A stretch of DNA of 64,000 nucleotides from Polymyxa betae A26-41. Taxonomy: Eukaryota; Protista; Endomyxa: Phytomyxea. Positions 21,690 to 34,971 of this stretch are shown piece after piece. A program made the translations under genes and the position numbers. Location of the stretch: positions 1-64,000 of the forward strand of contig RBZT01000546.1 of NCBI GenBank assembly GCA_003693705.1, read 5' to 3'. Under the pieces are notes generated by a model. The model made no database searches. It was not told the DNA's origin and saw only the letters and a list, made by a program, of their open reading frames with translations. Numbering within the stretch: position 1 is the stretch's first letter; each line of letters begins with the position of its first letter.

Positions 21690-24600
21690 TTAGTCTTTTT
21701 CATTGTAGTTTCGTATCGCCTGCAGCCTTCGAACGATTGTCGACCGTTTCTTCGCGTCTCTAAGCTTCCGCTGTTCGCGTTGGTATTCCCGTTCTTCAGC
21801 GCTGACATTGCGAGACCCTTCTCCTGGTGTGGCATGCAAACTCATTGTACGACCATTCGCTGACATTAAAGCTTGTCTGGCTGTTCGAAAGTTGCGCTTG
21901 GCTGAGTCTAGCGCCTACGAATTCTGACTTAATATCAAATCAATTACTATACTGAGATTAAACCTTATCCTGAGCTGAAACCCGAGCGAAATCGCCTAGT
22001 TCATGTCTTAAGCGTTGTCGAGCTCGAGATTCGGGTACGGGCTGCTGTTGTGGAATCGTATCGATCTCGCCAGGTGGTTCAGGCTTGATATCACTGACGA
22101 CTACATCGCGTGTGAAATGAATGGCACTTTCAACAATACCATGGGCACAGACCTAACGGTGCAGCAGTTGATTTTAGAGAATGTTGAATATCGTGACCTA
22201 GTTGATCAATTTTATTCAGTAGCTGAGCTTGATATGCGTCTCGATTGGATAGCGCGGCATTTTGCGAATGCAGATGACGTAATTGACAAAGCGGATCAAT
22301 ACAGTATTCGGAAGAACCGGGATGCTTCAAGAAAATTAACACAGCTTTGCAATTTCCTCACGTACCCGACCTTGTGAAATGAAACATTGCTGCTTCCATT
22401 TGCGGTGAAACTCGCAATCTGCGTTTTCAGCAACTGATTTTGCCTCAGCAAATCACGCAGCGTTCGCTCAAGCTAAGTGCAACATGCGTCAGTATCTTGA
22501 ATGAAAGAGTTTATGAAGAACCGCACATTAGCTAATTTAGCGTTATAGGCATTGGTGACTTCTCCACTGAAATCGATATGCGATAACGGAATGTCCAGTG
22601 GAGACTAAGACGTGCATAAGTCTCTGTGAGATCACATCGATGAGAGAAAATACCTCATTTGCCGTCAGCATTGAAATATTCGCTTTCAACATATTGCTAA
22701 TCTCCATTAACTTATCTTTCTCAGCATCAAGCTCAGAAAGGTCGTTCTTGGCCTCTTCCAGATGTTGTCTTAGCAGTTTATTCTCTTTACTGCAGTCGAA
22801 TGTAAGTATACTTCAATCTCAGACGAAGACTACGATACCGTAATGAAGCAAGGGTCTCGTCGTCGACGCGTGATTTTGACCGAGGTGCCTGGTCCGACGC
22901 CAGTCTAATCTTCAAAATGTCTACAAGCCGGAACTGCTGGTCCAGTTGTAGTTTCAGACTGTCTCGCTCGGTTTCAGCTTGACGAAGCTGCTCTAAAGCT
23001 TTTTCTTTAGCTTCCTGATCGCAGATGTTAACTGAACATTGTGCATTAATTCAGTTTTTACTCGATATTCAACTAGCAGATGGTTTGATTCGTTCAATCT
23101 GTCAGTCAGGTCCTGGAACTCGGCCAAATAGGTGTGATCATTCTCGGCATCAGGATGGTGTGAAAGAGTTTGATCCTGTTGCCTTTGCAACCGCTTGTGA
23201 GCCAGTCTTAATTGATGCCTCAAATCTGAAAACAGCGCTCAAAATCGATTGACAATCAGGCAGACCCCCCACCATTCAAATCCCGTTCATGCTCGATCGC
23301 CTTTTGCTTGTAATGTCGATCCTTTTCTAGCAGCTGCATGTCGACTTCAGTGAGCCTACTGCTCATTTCCACCAATTTTGTGTTCATTTTGTCAATCTAC
23401 AAAATCCAGTCAAATATGAAAACTGTTTGACTGAAACCGTACTTGAGCAAGATGTTGAAGAGTCTCATTGCTGCTGGAAACCCCAGGTTTAACATCATCG
23501 AGAAGATTTACCAGTGATTCGATATGCCGCTCCTGGTCCTAAATACGCAGATAGATCCATCAAAGTTTGTTCGATAAGACTGCCTTAACCTCATTCCTAC
23601 CTTCTTCGCTTGCTTTAAAATTGACATTTCATTCGTCATGGCCTGCTGCATAGTTTGAATGGAACCTAATTCTTTCTTCATGTCTTGGACTATTTGTCGA
23701 AGCTTTTCATTCTCCTGAACAAGCGAATAATGCTTTTCATCGTTTGATGCCTTAGAAGACAGCAACGCATCATCATTATGCTGACGCATTTCTTGCAACT
23801 CTGCTAAAATACGTTCGCCTTCCGATCGGTGATCTTCATCCTGCTGCAAAGTCAGTGCATACTTAACGCAACTAAAGAAGCTACCCTAGAATGAATGAGC
23901 TGCTGGTTGAGATCAAGATTCTTCTGCTGAAGCAGTTTTAATTGTGTTTGTAAGATCTCGATTTGGTTATGAGCTTCATTGAGCATAGCCTCAACGGCCT
24001 TGTTCGCCACAGCTGCGTCCTTTTTAGCTTCTAATTCCTCTTTTAAGACATCCAGGTCTTTTAGTGCTTGTCGCCTCAGTTTCTCGCAGTCCTGCGAACG
24101 AATGTCAGGTTATAAATCAGTGCTTCTTTCACAGATAAGATCCTACTTGCAATTCTACTTGCGTTAGCCGCAGCTCACCATTACACCGTTCGATTTCATG
24201 CTCGAAATTGGATATTTTCGTTTGGCATTCCTTATGATCAGCCCGAGCCGCCGTTTGTTTCTTCAGAACTTCAATCATCAGCGACTGTTGCTTGATCTCA
24301 TCCTTCAAAAATTCTATTTCTCGGTTCAATGCATTTTCTGTTTTGTTGCGATCTTCCTGAACAGGAATTGTTTGCGAGCTACTGGTTTGTAGCTGAACTT
24401 GGCCAGTCAGGGCTGATTGATCTCGTTTTTCTGGCATGGAATTTGGAGTCATAGTTTGGGAATGTTGTTCTATGAGCACAGGTGCGGCGGCATCCACGCC
24501 AAGTGAATGCTCAGAAGCATTAGCTCGTTCCTGGAGCTCTGCAATACTCGGATTCTTGAGCGAGGATCTCATTTCGTCTCCTTGCTCACACTCAATAATT

Positions 24601-27600
24601 TCACTTGAAGACAACTGATGAGGAGTGTCATCGTCGCCTAATTGCTCGCTGACAGTCGGTAATCCTGACGGCAATGACCCTATTACACGGGATGCTTTAC
24701 GGGATCGGATCGTTTTATCGCTCTTGTTTCCCCTAACGTCTTTGTCTTGGCCAATCTCGACAGTTTCGACGTTCACCATCTTTACTAACTCACCATATTA
24801 GCGAGTAATTACAGCGTAATGTAACCCAGCTTACAATCAAGGCTGTTGTGATAATGGTGCAACTTTGAAAGATCATCGCTGTGTCTCTGTCGGTCGAATG
24901 ATGAAGATTGCAAACTCGCCCCACGACGATTTACTAGATTACTGCTTGAAGATGATCTATGAAAGGTCTTCCCCGGAACATTATTCGAAGCAGGGCTCCA
25001 GTCTTGGGAAGAAGTTATTTCAGTGGACGAACTTGGGAAAGGAGAAACTGGCGCCAGTGTTTCCGGAGGTAAATTTGCTAATGATTGCTGGCGTTCTGAT
25101 GATGCCTTGCACCGATTCCATTAATCTATTGCAAAACAGACTTTTTATAGTGTTTACCGCAGATAACGAGTGGGGGTGTCCCAGAACTGCCTCTTCACAG
25201 TTTACTATTTCCGAGATATTCGACTGAATAAGCATTAAACAAACCGGACTGAAATAATTAGCGATGCTCACAAGAACGGATTCGTTTCTCTCATGGTGTG
25301 AGGAAACAGCATCATCGTCATCTGTCGACAGTTCGACAATTTGTTCGAGACCGGAGTGTTCAGGGGATGGGAGGTCAACCGTAAGATTCGCTGCGCTAGC
25401 CCGAATAATCTCGACCTCCATTGGCCGGATGACTGTGCTGCTCAAACGACGTGAAGATGGTGTAGAAGGGATATCAGGAATTTCAGCCAGGATCTGATAT
25501 TGTTCATCAAAACGTAATACACAATGCATAAGAGCCGTTACCTGTTCAGTACGAGGCATTGAAGAGATCAAGGATGTGCGCCTGGACGATGCACGAGATA
25601 ACGACGAGCTATGCGAGTGGATCGTCTTCTTGATTGACATCAGCCTGTAATCATTTATCACATTTCCGGTGCGACTAATACCGAATTCTAACCCAGATTG
25701 AAGTTCGGTGAGATGGTCGGCTTGCTCAGCGAGATTTACTGCCGAGACGGCACTTCCATTACTGTCGCTGCTTAGTAGTGATTGGACTAAGTTTTCCAGC
25801 CGTTCCTGCACGAAGTTATCGTAAATCATCTTCCGAAATGGAGATGCACAATACCTGTGCTTGCGACACCTTTTTATACACCTCGTTGTCCAAACGTTGC
25901 TGCTGGTTTGCATTCGATTGTTCTTCGTTTTGGATCTGGAAAAATTGAATATGGATCTAATACCAATAGCAGGCATCTCTACGGTTTCATTTTGACTGCG
26001 AACCAGGTCTTTGAGAACAGCGACGTGCTCATTCCTCTGATCAACAATCTACACAAAACAGTCAGCTTGTCAACCCGAAACCAACTTTGAGAAACCTGTT
26101 GCAGAGCCAAGCATCGATTTTCCAGCTGCATAATCTCATGAGAATGATCCTGCTTGTGCTTTTCAAGCAATTCTTTGGTCAATTCGAGCTGTTTTAACAG
26201 TTCTTCAGAATTCTGTTCACTCTGATTGACTTTGCTCATCATAACACCAGTTTCCTGTAATTTTCCTGTTAGATGTGCAACGCCTTAACAAGACAAAATC
26301 ACCTTATCAGATTGTTCGCGAACCTGCTTAAGCTCACTAAGAAGTTGGTCTCGTTCAGATGCCACTTGCTGCATCCGCGATTGGAAGCTCAGCCGTTGTT
26401 GCCCGAATTGTTGCTCCAGCTCATGCAGACTTCCCAAAACTTCTCCAATCTGGAACCTGTTATTCAAGCAAAATTGAGAACCGCAAGCCTATACCTTCTC
26501 TTCATAATTCAAGAGAAGCTCATGTTTCATCTGCACAAGCTTCCCATTCTCTTCTTCCAGCAATCTCAACTGGTCGTCTTTCTCGCTCAGCATTGTTTGA
26601 GCTATCATAGAACTTTCTTCCTCTGAAATGTCACAGTCAAATTGTAAAGTTATCTGAAACAAAACAAAGTTTACTTGATAATTCTGCTAGTCGCAATTTG
26701 GCCTCAATTTCTTGAATTTCTGCCTAAGCGGACGTTAATACTGAGGCCGTATCGTTACTGAGATCGAACCTCCGATTCCCGTTGTCGTTGATCTGAACTT
26801 TGCCGCAGTTTACTCAACTCTGCATTATGCAATCGGTTGAGCTCGTGAATTTCCTTCAGAAAGAAGTTCTAATATCATGTCGAAAGGGACTGGCATTGAT
26901 ACCTGTTGATGCCGCTCTTTCAACTCATCTATGTTCGACTGAAATTGTTTGGATCTTGTATTGAGCACTGCCTGATGTTCGTTCTTCAAAGTATTGATGA
27001 TATTATGATGTCCTAGTAACTGTTCGTGATGGTCTCTGTTCAATGTTTCATATTCATGCTCCCTTTCATAGGCCTAATTCTTCTTGAAAACCCCAAAACA
27101 GAACAAGCGAGATTGCCCTGACTTCTTTTCGGTGTTTTTCATGTTGCGTGCGAATTTGTTCCTGAAATGCAGCGATAGTGCTTGTTTGCTCATGGATAAT
27201 ATCCTGATATAGTCTCAGCATAATATGCAACCAAACGCAGTACTAAGCTAACATTTAATCTGTTCACTTCTTCGTCTCGGCTTTTTAACTGACTCGATAT
27301 CTTACCAAAAAGGGCGTCATAGCGATCAAGCTCTGCATCACGCTCTTCGAGAAGCTTTAAGTTGTACGCGAAATCACTACGAATTTGTATTTGTTGCGCT
27401 TTTAGCCGATCGACTTCAGCATCTTTTGCAGCAGCAAGTGAGGCAATACTTCGTTCGCGATATTCATTGATCTCTTCTAGCTCAAGCTCCTTTTCCTGTA
27501 TAAGCCGTCTAAGACCGCGTCGCAGAGATGGTCGCTCGCTTTCTATAGGCGATAGCGACCGCTCCGAGCTTGATGGCGACCGATGACGGCGACGTTGACA

Positions 27601-27630
27601 GCTTGAGCGATGAGACCGACGCTGGCTCAT
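21690..27630 (-). CDS. Large coiled-coil protein, CCDC57-like (centriolar), many exons
   Basis: N-terminal DFAYNLKLLEERDAELDRYD and C-terminal IRNYN match the CCDC57 termini as I recall them. Intervening minus-strand fragments splice in frame where I checked (21.9-22.5, 24.8-25.1 and 26.0 kb). Confidence 0.7.
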
Positions 27631-27695
27631 CCAACCATGAGCACGACGTCGTTATCTGTGTGAATGAAACCAGATTGAAAACGAGTGTCACAGAC

Positions 27696-27712
27696 TGTAA
27701 TGTTACACTGCC
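27696..27712. promoter_or_regulatory. Candidate cis-element TGTAATGTTACACTGCC, 66 nt upstream of the CCDC57-like ATG
   Basis: Identical to 5559-5575. Confidence 0.45.
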
Positions 27713-28057
27713 ATTGCTAGTCTGGGTCCCGCTTATGGAGTCATGTCAAACTTCTACGGAAGCCTCTCACTTGCAGTCTGACTGGTACCGAGTGCCAAGT
27801 CTACATTATAGTCTTGCAGGGACACATTGGGGTAATGGGGTCGTTTGGGGGCGATAAGCTCCTATAGGGCAGGTATTAGGACTGCTATAGACACGTTCGA
27901 GCGCCCCAGAAACAAACGACTTTCAGCAAAGAACCAGCTTAGCCTGAGTCATAGCAACCTCACCCGATGAGCGCTGATTGATAGCATTGTATATAACTGA
28001 TTGTATATAGCTGGGTATCCGAACCATGACTGATACAGCATCAGTTTATGGGGCCAC

Positions 28058-29508
28058 TTAAATGAATCCATCCTCGTCATCTTCATAATCGTCTTCCATG
28101 GCCACAAAATCGACCTTGTAGCGAAGAATTCCGCCCAGGCCACCGAATCCTTTACAAAACTGCGAACCTTCCTGCGAACGATTGGTGACGAACTCCAGCG
28201 TCGTTCCGAACTCTTTGTAGTGGTTCGCCATCCATTCCAGAAACATAACTGGTTCGTCGACGATTTCAAGTTCGGTCCCAGATTCCGGGTCCACAAAGTT
28301 TGAAGGGTCTTCTCTCTGTTCAGCAGAAAGATGGACGACTTTCTTCTCTCCAGTGCTCGGATTTCTGAGCTCGTATCGCATCAGATCGAGGTTCTCCCAG
28401 ACAATCAGCGTCTGAACAGCACCAATCTCCAAACCCCTTAAAGTATCGACGATGCCGAAGCAGAATTTGCCAGTGTCCTACATTGCTGTTAGCCGCGGCA
28501 GCAGCTGTAAAAATTTGAAAATTACCTGAGAAATTTCAGAGAAATAAGCGGCCAGCAACCGCTTCTCATGAATGAACTTGACATTGGCAAGACTGTCAGC
28601 AGCCAATTCAATCGCCTGGTTAAATCCGTTTTCACCACCATACGAAACATCGACAATTTTGACAATGTATGGGCGCAGACGCTGGTCGAACATTTCGGAT
28701 GTGCTCAGTTGCATTTTGAATTCGGCAGAACCGGCCAGGACCAATCCAGCAACGTTCGGTTTGTCGTTGGTGATGAAAAACTGGGTGACAGTTTCGGCGA
28801 CTTTTCGAACGTAGTTGTGACGCTTCTCCATACGAAGACGACCGAAACGCAAGGCTGACTGACCACCACGTCCGTGCTTCTTAGGCAGCTCGACAGTGAA
28901 TTTGTGTAAAACTCGCCGTGTGTTGCCAGACAGCGTTCCGAATAAAGTTCCATTACCGTCCATAACGACGAAGCCGAACTTGGCGTCGGATTCGAGCAGC
29001 TCATTTAGCGGTTCGGTATGGAATTTGTTATCACATAAATATAGGGACGTATTGATAGGCTAAAAGCAGCCATGTCAACAGAATTGTTTTCGGCGCTTAC
29101 ATAATATTACCTTGAAAGGCTCAAAGTCAATGTTGACCTTCTTTTCTTTGCCATCTTCGGTTGTGATAGTGCCACAGTATATAACGAGTCCGTTGGGTGG
29201 CACTTTATTGAACAGCTTTAGTCGCTGCATAGTGGAGGTGATGGCACCAAGAACTGATAAACGATTGACTCGCGACTTAATATTCGACGCCGTCCCAAGT
29301 TCATCGTTCAACATTTTGGCCACACGAGAAATCTGATCTCCAGGCGGGACGATCAGCGAAATCATGCTGGTTCCATTGCTGGAGTACAGTTAGCGACGAA
29401 TCTGAAGGCAGTCAACATCGGCACCGACCCTCGCGCCTGCTCGAGCTTCTGGATCAGCTTCTTAATCTTCCATTGCTCGATGGCCTTCTCTCCCTCATCT
29501 TCCAACAT
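28058..29508 (-). CDS. ETF1: Eukaryotic peptide chain release factor 1, 4 exons
   Basis: WKIKKLI..L..ARG|NGTSMISL; GTASNIKS; YLCDNKF; KKHGRGGQS; [11 protein letters not shown]. Confidence 0.98.
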
Positions 29509-29828
29509 GTCTGAGGCACCACTGGGGCAGAGGGGTCGATATTTAGTATCGGCTGTGGTTGCGCTATCGGCCCACGGGCCATAAACTCGCAATACCGCGA
29601 CGCACTAATCCTTGGGTTGACAAAACTTTTCCACAAATTATATCTACCATCTGTTACCAAACAGAATATTACAATATGGAACGTCCGCTTTATTAATCTT
29701 TGCAAATCGATTTGATGAATAGCTAGCTGGCTTAAAGACAATGCGTGTCAAAGCTCTTCCCGGGTTGCGTTCAGCTTTCTTCCCTCATGTCGCCATACAG
29801 TACCGATGCCTCGTTGCGGATCAATTGT

Positions 29829-32800
29829 TCATTGCGATCGTGTGGATGCTCTGGATATGGATCCTTGTCGCCTATTTTCAGAAGCAGCAACATCACGTCG
29901 GCATTCCTGAGAAGAATCGGATGGCTTCCGCCTATACCGATTTCTTTTTTGGTTCTGGTTAAAAGTTTGAATCGCTTGGGCTTGTTCTTTGGCTTCTCGG
30001 TCTATTTCTTCTTGAATGAACTGTAGTGACTGAATCGACTCGATCGAATTTGGCTTAGTTGGCACAGACTGAGGACCCCAACATGAACGAGGCTGATTTT
30101 TGGGAGAACCTGGGAACATCAATTTCATAGCCATCTCTTCTTGAATAATATTGGCGAAGGATGATACTGGCGGAGAATGCGACGCCCAAGGAGACTGAGC
30201 TTGTTTGACGTTCTTTGATGGTGTCCATTTGCTCATTGCAGCATCTTTGTGTTGAATTTCAGCCAAAGGTTTGGCTCGTAACCTTCCTGCCATATTCCAA
30301 GGCGACCCTGTAGCTACAGGCGACGCTTCTTGTTGTTTGACCTTTGCAGAATGAGTCTTCGATCGCGATTTGATGTTAATAGGAGCGGAGCGATCGTTAG
30401 ACCAGAAGTCTGCTAAACTGACAGAAGCAGAGCTATTTTTAGGTGGCGGTTGGTAGCTGTTAGATTTACGAGTGGCCGTGTTTTCGCTGTCTGTTTGGCT
30501 TGCAAACGAAACAGAGTGAGTAGATGGATTAAAGGGTGTCGATGAGCTAAGTGTTGGAGCACTGGGCGGCTCCGTTGGTGCGGGTCGATTTCCTGACTTC
30601 AAAGAGCTAGCCAATGCATAAGACAAGGTCGATTTGACAACAGGTAACTCAGTGTGCTCAGGAACTTGTGCCGGAAAAGTATTTTCTGACGCCGAGGTGA
30701 CGCTCGGTATTGGCCTGGTTTGTTCTTGAGAAAGATTCAGGCCTAGCGTTGCAGAAACTGATTTGGGCTCTAGCCTGGTTTGCTTTGATCGACTTGGAGA
30801 TGGTGAACTCGGAAGGAACAAAGAATCCAGTCTGACTGGGTCGAAATCTTCTCGCCAAATGTCCTCGTTATGGCGACTTTTGGCGCGTACAATCGTGACG
30901 ATCTCTCGAGGCTCTGACAAATCGGTTTCAGGTGGTCGGACAAATTCAATGACAGGATCTGGCTCGAGCTTCGAAGCCAATTCACCCTGGCATTGCTGCA
31001 AGAATAGCCTTAGCCGTTCTTTCTGCTTGACTTTACGCAGCTGCTCGGGATTCAAAGAATCTCCATTCGCAAGGCGATCGCATAAAATTTGGATCTGCGA
31101 CAACTTCTTCGCAGAAGAGCGGATTTTGGCGCGAAGATGACGAACAGTATGTGGGACAAACCATTCCAGCTCTAATGCATCCTCAATTGGACAGTAAACT
31201 GGAGGCTTATCGTTTCTTGCATACTGCAAGATGGAAGCTGGCAGGCATTCCTGATATTTATCTTGTAGATACTCGAGCTCCGTAAAGTCAAGCTCACGTA
31301 GTGCATTGAACAGGAGAGCAGGAGAATTCCTGATGATGAAGTACGAGCAATGATCCAGCAAGAACTGAAAATGGAAATTGAAACCGAAACGAAACGCAGC
31401 AACCGCACGTCTTTCGTCAATCGTGGCACAGAGCGTTTTCTCACACATCCGCAATAAAGACGGGATTTGATGACTGGAAGAATCGCTTCGAGCAACCTCG
31501 TGATCAGCAATCTCGTGATTAAAGAGGCGAAACTCTTGCGAGACCAGCGTACAGCCAGGCGCACATTTCACTTGAACTAGCTGACGAGGATGTAACAATC
31601 GGGTCGCTTTCTCGCCCCGAACTGGAAGCCAATCGGAGGGGAAACGCTGGCCAGGAGCCGGTGCACGCGGCGCTTCATGTCCCCACTCGATAAGGTCCCC
31701 GTTAGCAGTGACTGCCGACGTGTGGTCCACAGACGTGGACGCTTTCGTGATGACAAAATTTCGGATGGCCTTCACTTGTCGTGGCGGTATAGGCCTAGAA
31801 GATGACTCAGGCGCACCACCTTTGACAGCCCTACTTGGCCATGCCCATAATGTGCCGTCAGACGTCACTGCAACGCTGTGGGATTTGCAGGTGGAGAAAC
31901 GTGTCACAGCAGGGCGGTTCGTATCCTTCTTCGATATTCGACTGATGGGAACTCGAAAGAAACGGCGCTCACGGCGGGTTTGCTCGTATAAATCTCCATC
32001 AATACTTTGGGCGATCCAATGTCCATTGGTTGTCAGCATACTGACAACGCAAACATTGTTCAGACCCTCGATCTTGGTCGGAACATAATCGATGCCCTCG
32101 TCGGCCATATGATAACCAAGGAGTAGAGCCTCACCCGTCTCCGTCACCATGCAAGTACGAAACTTCGAACACGATATATTGACGACATTAACCCGTTTCA
32201 GACCTTTCTCAACACGGCGTACAATCGACGACTGCTGCTGCCCTTTCATAGCCGGATCATGGCCAAGATATCCCTTTCCGCATGTATATACTTCCCCATT
32301 AGATAGCAGAAACACAGAATGGGTTAGCGATACTACAACCGCAATACAGCGCTTATCAGAACTGAGCGGCAAGGGGACGCGCTCAGGACGGATTCGAGAA
32401 GCATCGTCTCCGACGCCAAGACGACCATTCTTATTAACGCCCCAACTGAATGCATCTCCGGAAGCGGAGACTGCCGCGCCACCGATCTCACAAACATCGA
32501 AATGAGCAATGTCCTCTTGGAGTAAGGCATCAAGCGATTTGGGGCGATTTGCAGAAAGTGAATCTGAGACGACACCAAGTTGTAAGTTACTGGAGTTCCC
32601 GAAAGAGATTAAGACATGTCGAGTTCGTACGACGTTGTGATCCGGTCTTGCTGATACTGGTAAAACTAAGTCGAATGGCGCGTTGCCTATGAATAAGCAT
32701 GAGAATAATGTTACAAAGGCACAGCAACAATGACGACCTTCACTATCAAGTATCGCAGTCGATCCTGTCTTATGTTGCAGCAGTGATTTAGCGGCAAGCA

Positions 32801-33136
32801 ACGAGCTAATAGGAAGCACTTAGCAAATGGAAAAAACTGCAATCGATTCACCAACCCTCGGTAGAGAGCAGCATGTAAAGGTGTCCAGCCAGATTCCTTC
32901 TCGGCCGCAAACTCATCGGCATTAAGTTGTAGAAGGACTTCAACGCAACGATGTCGATTTCGAGCAGCTGCAATATGCAATAGGGTCTGGCCCTTATCGT
33001 TTCGTGCAATTGCCAGGCTTGGGTTTTTCTTCAAGGCCGCCGAAAGCAAGTTATAGTCATCTTGATGGATCAAGTCCAGTAACGAATCATCGATAAAGCT
33101 ACACGGTACGGGAGCGGGCTTTGAGCATTTGCTCAT
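29829..33136 (-). CDS. Ankyrin + RCC1-repeat protein, IBTK-like
   Basis: Ankyrin motifs GQTLLHIAA and ESGWTPLHAALYRG; RCC1 motifs FSWGVNKNGRLG and HSVFL...GEVYTCG; IPSLLRMCEK; KKLSQIQIL; C-terminal SLADF and SFANIIQEE. Confidence 0.8.
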
Positions 33137-34167
33137 AGAACTGGCGTCAAGATGCTCAAGACCGTCGCCCGAAAGGATACCGGAATAACCGACGCCGACT
33201 AGGAAAGCATCCAATCAATGAGGCCATCGGCCGGGCGACCCACATACGATTCATAGCGGTAACGTCAGATGGCAGTCAACAGCAGCCCTCTTCAAGCGTC
33301 TTGGTTTGCAGTCACAGACTGCCCGAAACCCTACGGTGACTCTGGGACAGAATCGGCGCCGACTCTGAGACGGGTTTGGCCGTGGGCAGGCAGGATAAAA
33401 GTGCCACAGACCACGGCACTATGCAGCGCATGTGTTTCAGTGTTTGGATGGCATTGGGAAGCTGTGATAGGGTCCCGCTCACCTGTCACTCAGCCCACTC
33501 ACTGGCCGGAACGCCCGCTTTTACGACTGTAGCAGAATGCGCTTTATAGGGCCGCCATGCCGCAGGTAACAGTGACTGTCAAACCGTCTGCGAGGCCTGT
33601 GTCCGCCAGTTTTGCCGTCGGAAAGCCATCGTCATATGTCTAATCAGAGAGAAGCGAATGACGATAACCCTCTTTACATGAAATGTGATTGCAGCGAGCA
33701 AATACATGGCAGGTTTTAACTTTGGTAATCCGAGCGTGAAGATGGGAATCCTTTCTATAGGGCACTCCAACTTCGAATCTGCCGAAGGCCAACGGATGGC
33801 AAACCGATGGACAATACTTCAAATGAGCTTCGAGATCATGTGGTCATGATAATAGCACACCGTATTAGTCATCGTTAGCAAATCCATTGGAGTACGACCG
33901 AAGATAATAAAGGCAGGATTCGAACAACATCGTCCGAGGCAGTTTTAACAAAACTGAGCAAGTAAAACGTAGCCTGCTTGAATTACTGTCTATGCTTCGT
34001 ATATAGCTCATGATAGATTGATATTTTGGCAAATTTGTTTCTTTTTTCCATGATAATATTTTCATTTTCAAATACGGTAGTGCGTCCGAAATTTGCCGTC
34101 ACGGACTTCGAAAATATCGCAGGCCAGTGTCTGACTTTGAACTCGAAATCCTTTGGATTGTGAAACC

Positions 34168-34901
34168 ATGAAGGACCCTGGCTGCCCAAAAAAGGATAAC
34201 ACTAAATCCAGGTCGAAAAAATCGAAGCATAAAAAGGACTTTATAAAACTTAAAGACGTCCCATTAGACGTCCTAGAATCTATTGCTGCAAATGCGAAGA
34301 GTTCCAAAGCCAGCAACAGCCCTCCTGCCAATGATGATGACAAACAAATGGTGAGATGTCAGTAGATTATCAGAACAACGATTTCTAACGATTTTTCGCT
34401 CAGTCCCTTGATGAATATAAAAAGTTGCTGATTTCTGATAACATTGATGTATTATCCAGCATGCTGAATGTCGAAGGATATCGTCATAAGACGCCGGTGA
34501 AGATCCTAGAGGAGCTGCGAACCAAATGCCTGCTGGATTATGAGCTAGCCTTCAAAGCTTGCAATGAGAAGGGCTCAGAGCTCAGCTACCTGTGCGCTTT
34601 AGGATCTCTATGCACGTCTGGCACCCATCCGACCAACGTTAAAACCGCCAAGCACAGCAGCGCCCGGGCAATGCTTGAAAAAATCCTGCCGACGTTTACT
34701 TCATACTATGAGCTCCAAGAATTCGTCAAACGGAATCCTAAGTATGAAATTAATTGTTTAGTTGAAAGTTTATTGAACTGTTGTGATAACAGAGTGATCG
34801 TGAAGAAAGGCAAGCTCCAGCAAGTAACCGCTCAAGTAAATGGTAAAGTACCTGAAGGGCCTCGTCCTCCTTGCAAATACCCAGCTACATTCGATATATG
34901 A
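34168..34901 (+). CDS. Small basic protein with one DGCR8/Pasha-like dsRBD
   Basis: Lys-rich N-terminus, an intron, then KTPVKILEEL...YLCALG....GT..NVKTAKHSSARAMLEKILPTF. Confidence 0.65.
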
Positions 34902-34971
34902 GCTAGGGCTGTAAATAAATAAATTTATATATATTATTAGCGAGGCATGTTAGCGAATTCGTTCATGGCGA

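Noticed and set aside
22015-22377. Plus-strand 120-aa ORF that looked like a gene nested in a long intron of the CCDC57-like gene
   Set aside because: The minus strand resolves into two normal GT-AG introns (about 46 and 52 nt) flanking an in-frame exon (HPGSSEYC...TAAPL), so the ORF is an antisense shadow.
28058-29508. Possible variant genetic code signalled by eRF1
   Set aside because: The GTS/NIKS and YxCxxxF motifs are canonical, and TAA, TAG and TGA all terminate genes here. ORF fragmentation is explained by introns.
33579-34100. Short minus-strand ORFs between the IBTK-like and dsRBD genes
   Set aside because: No recognisable domain or consistent splice model.
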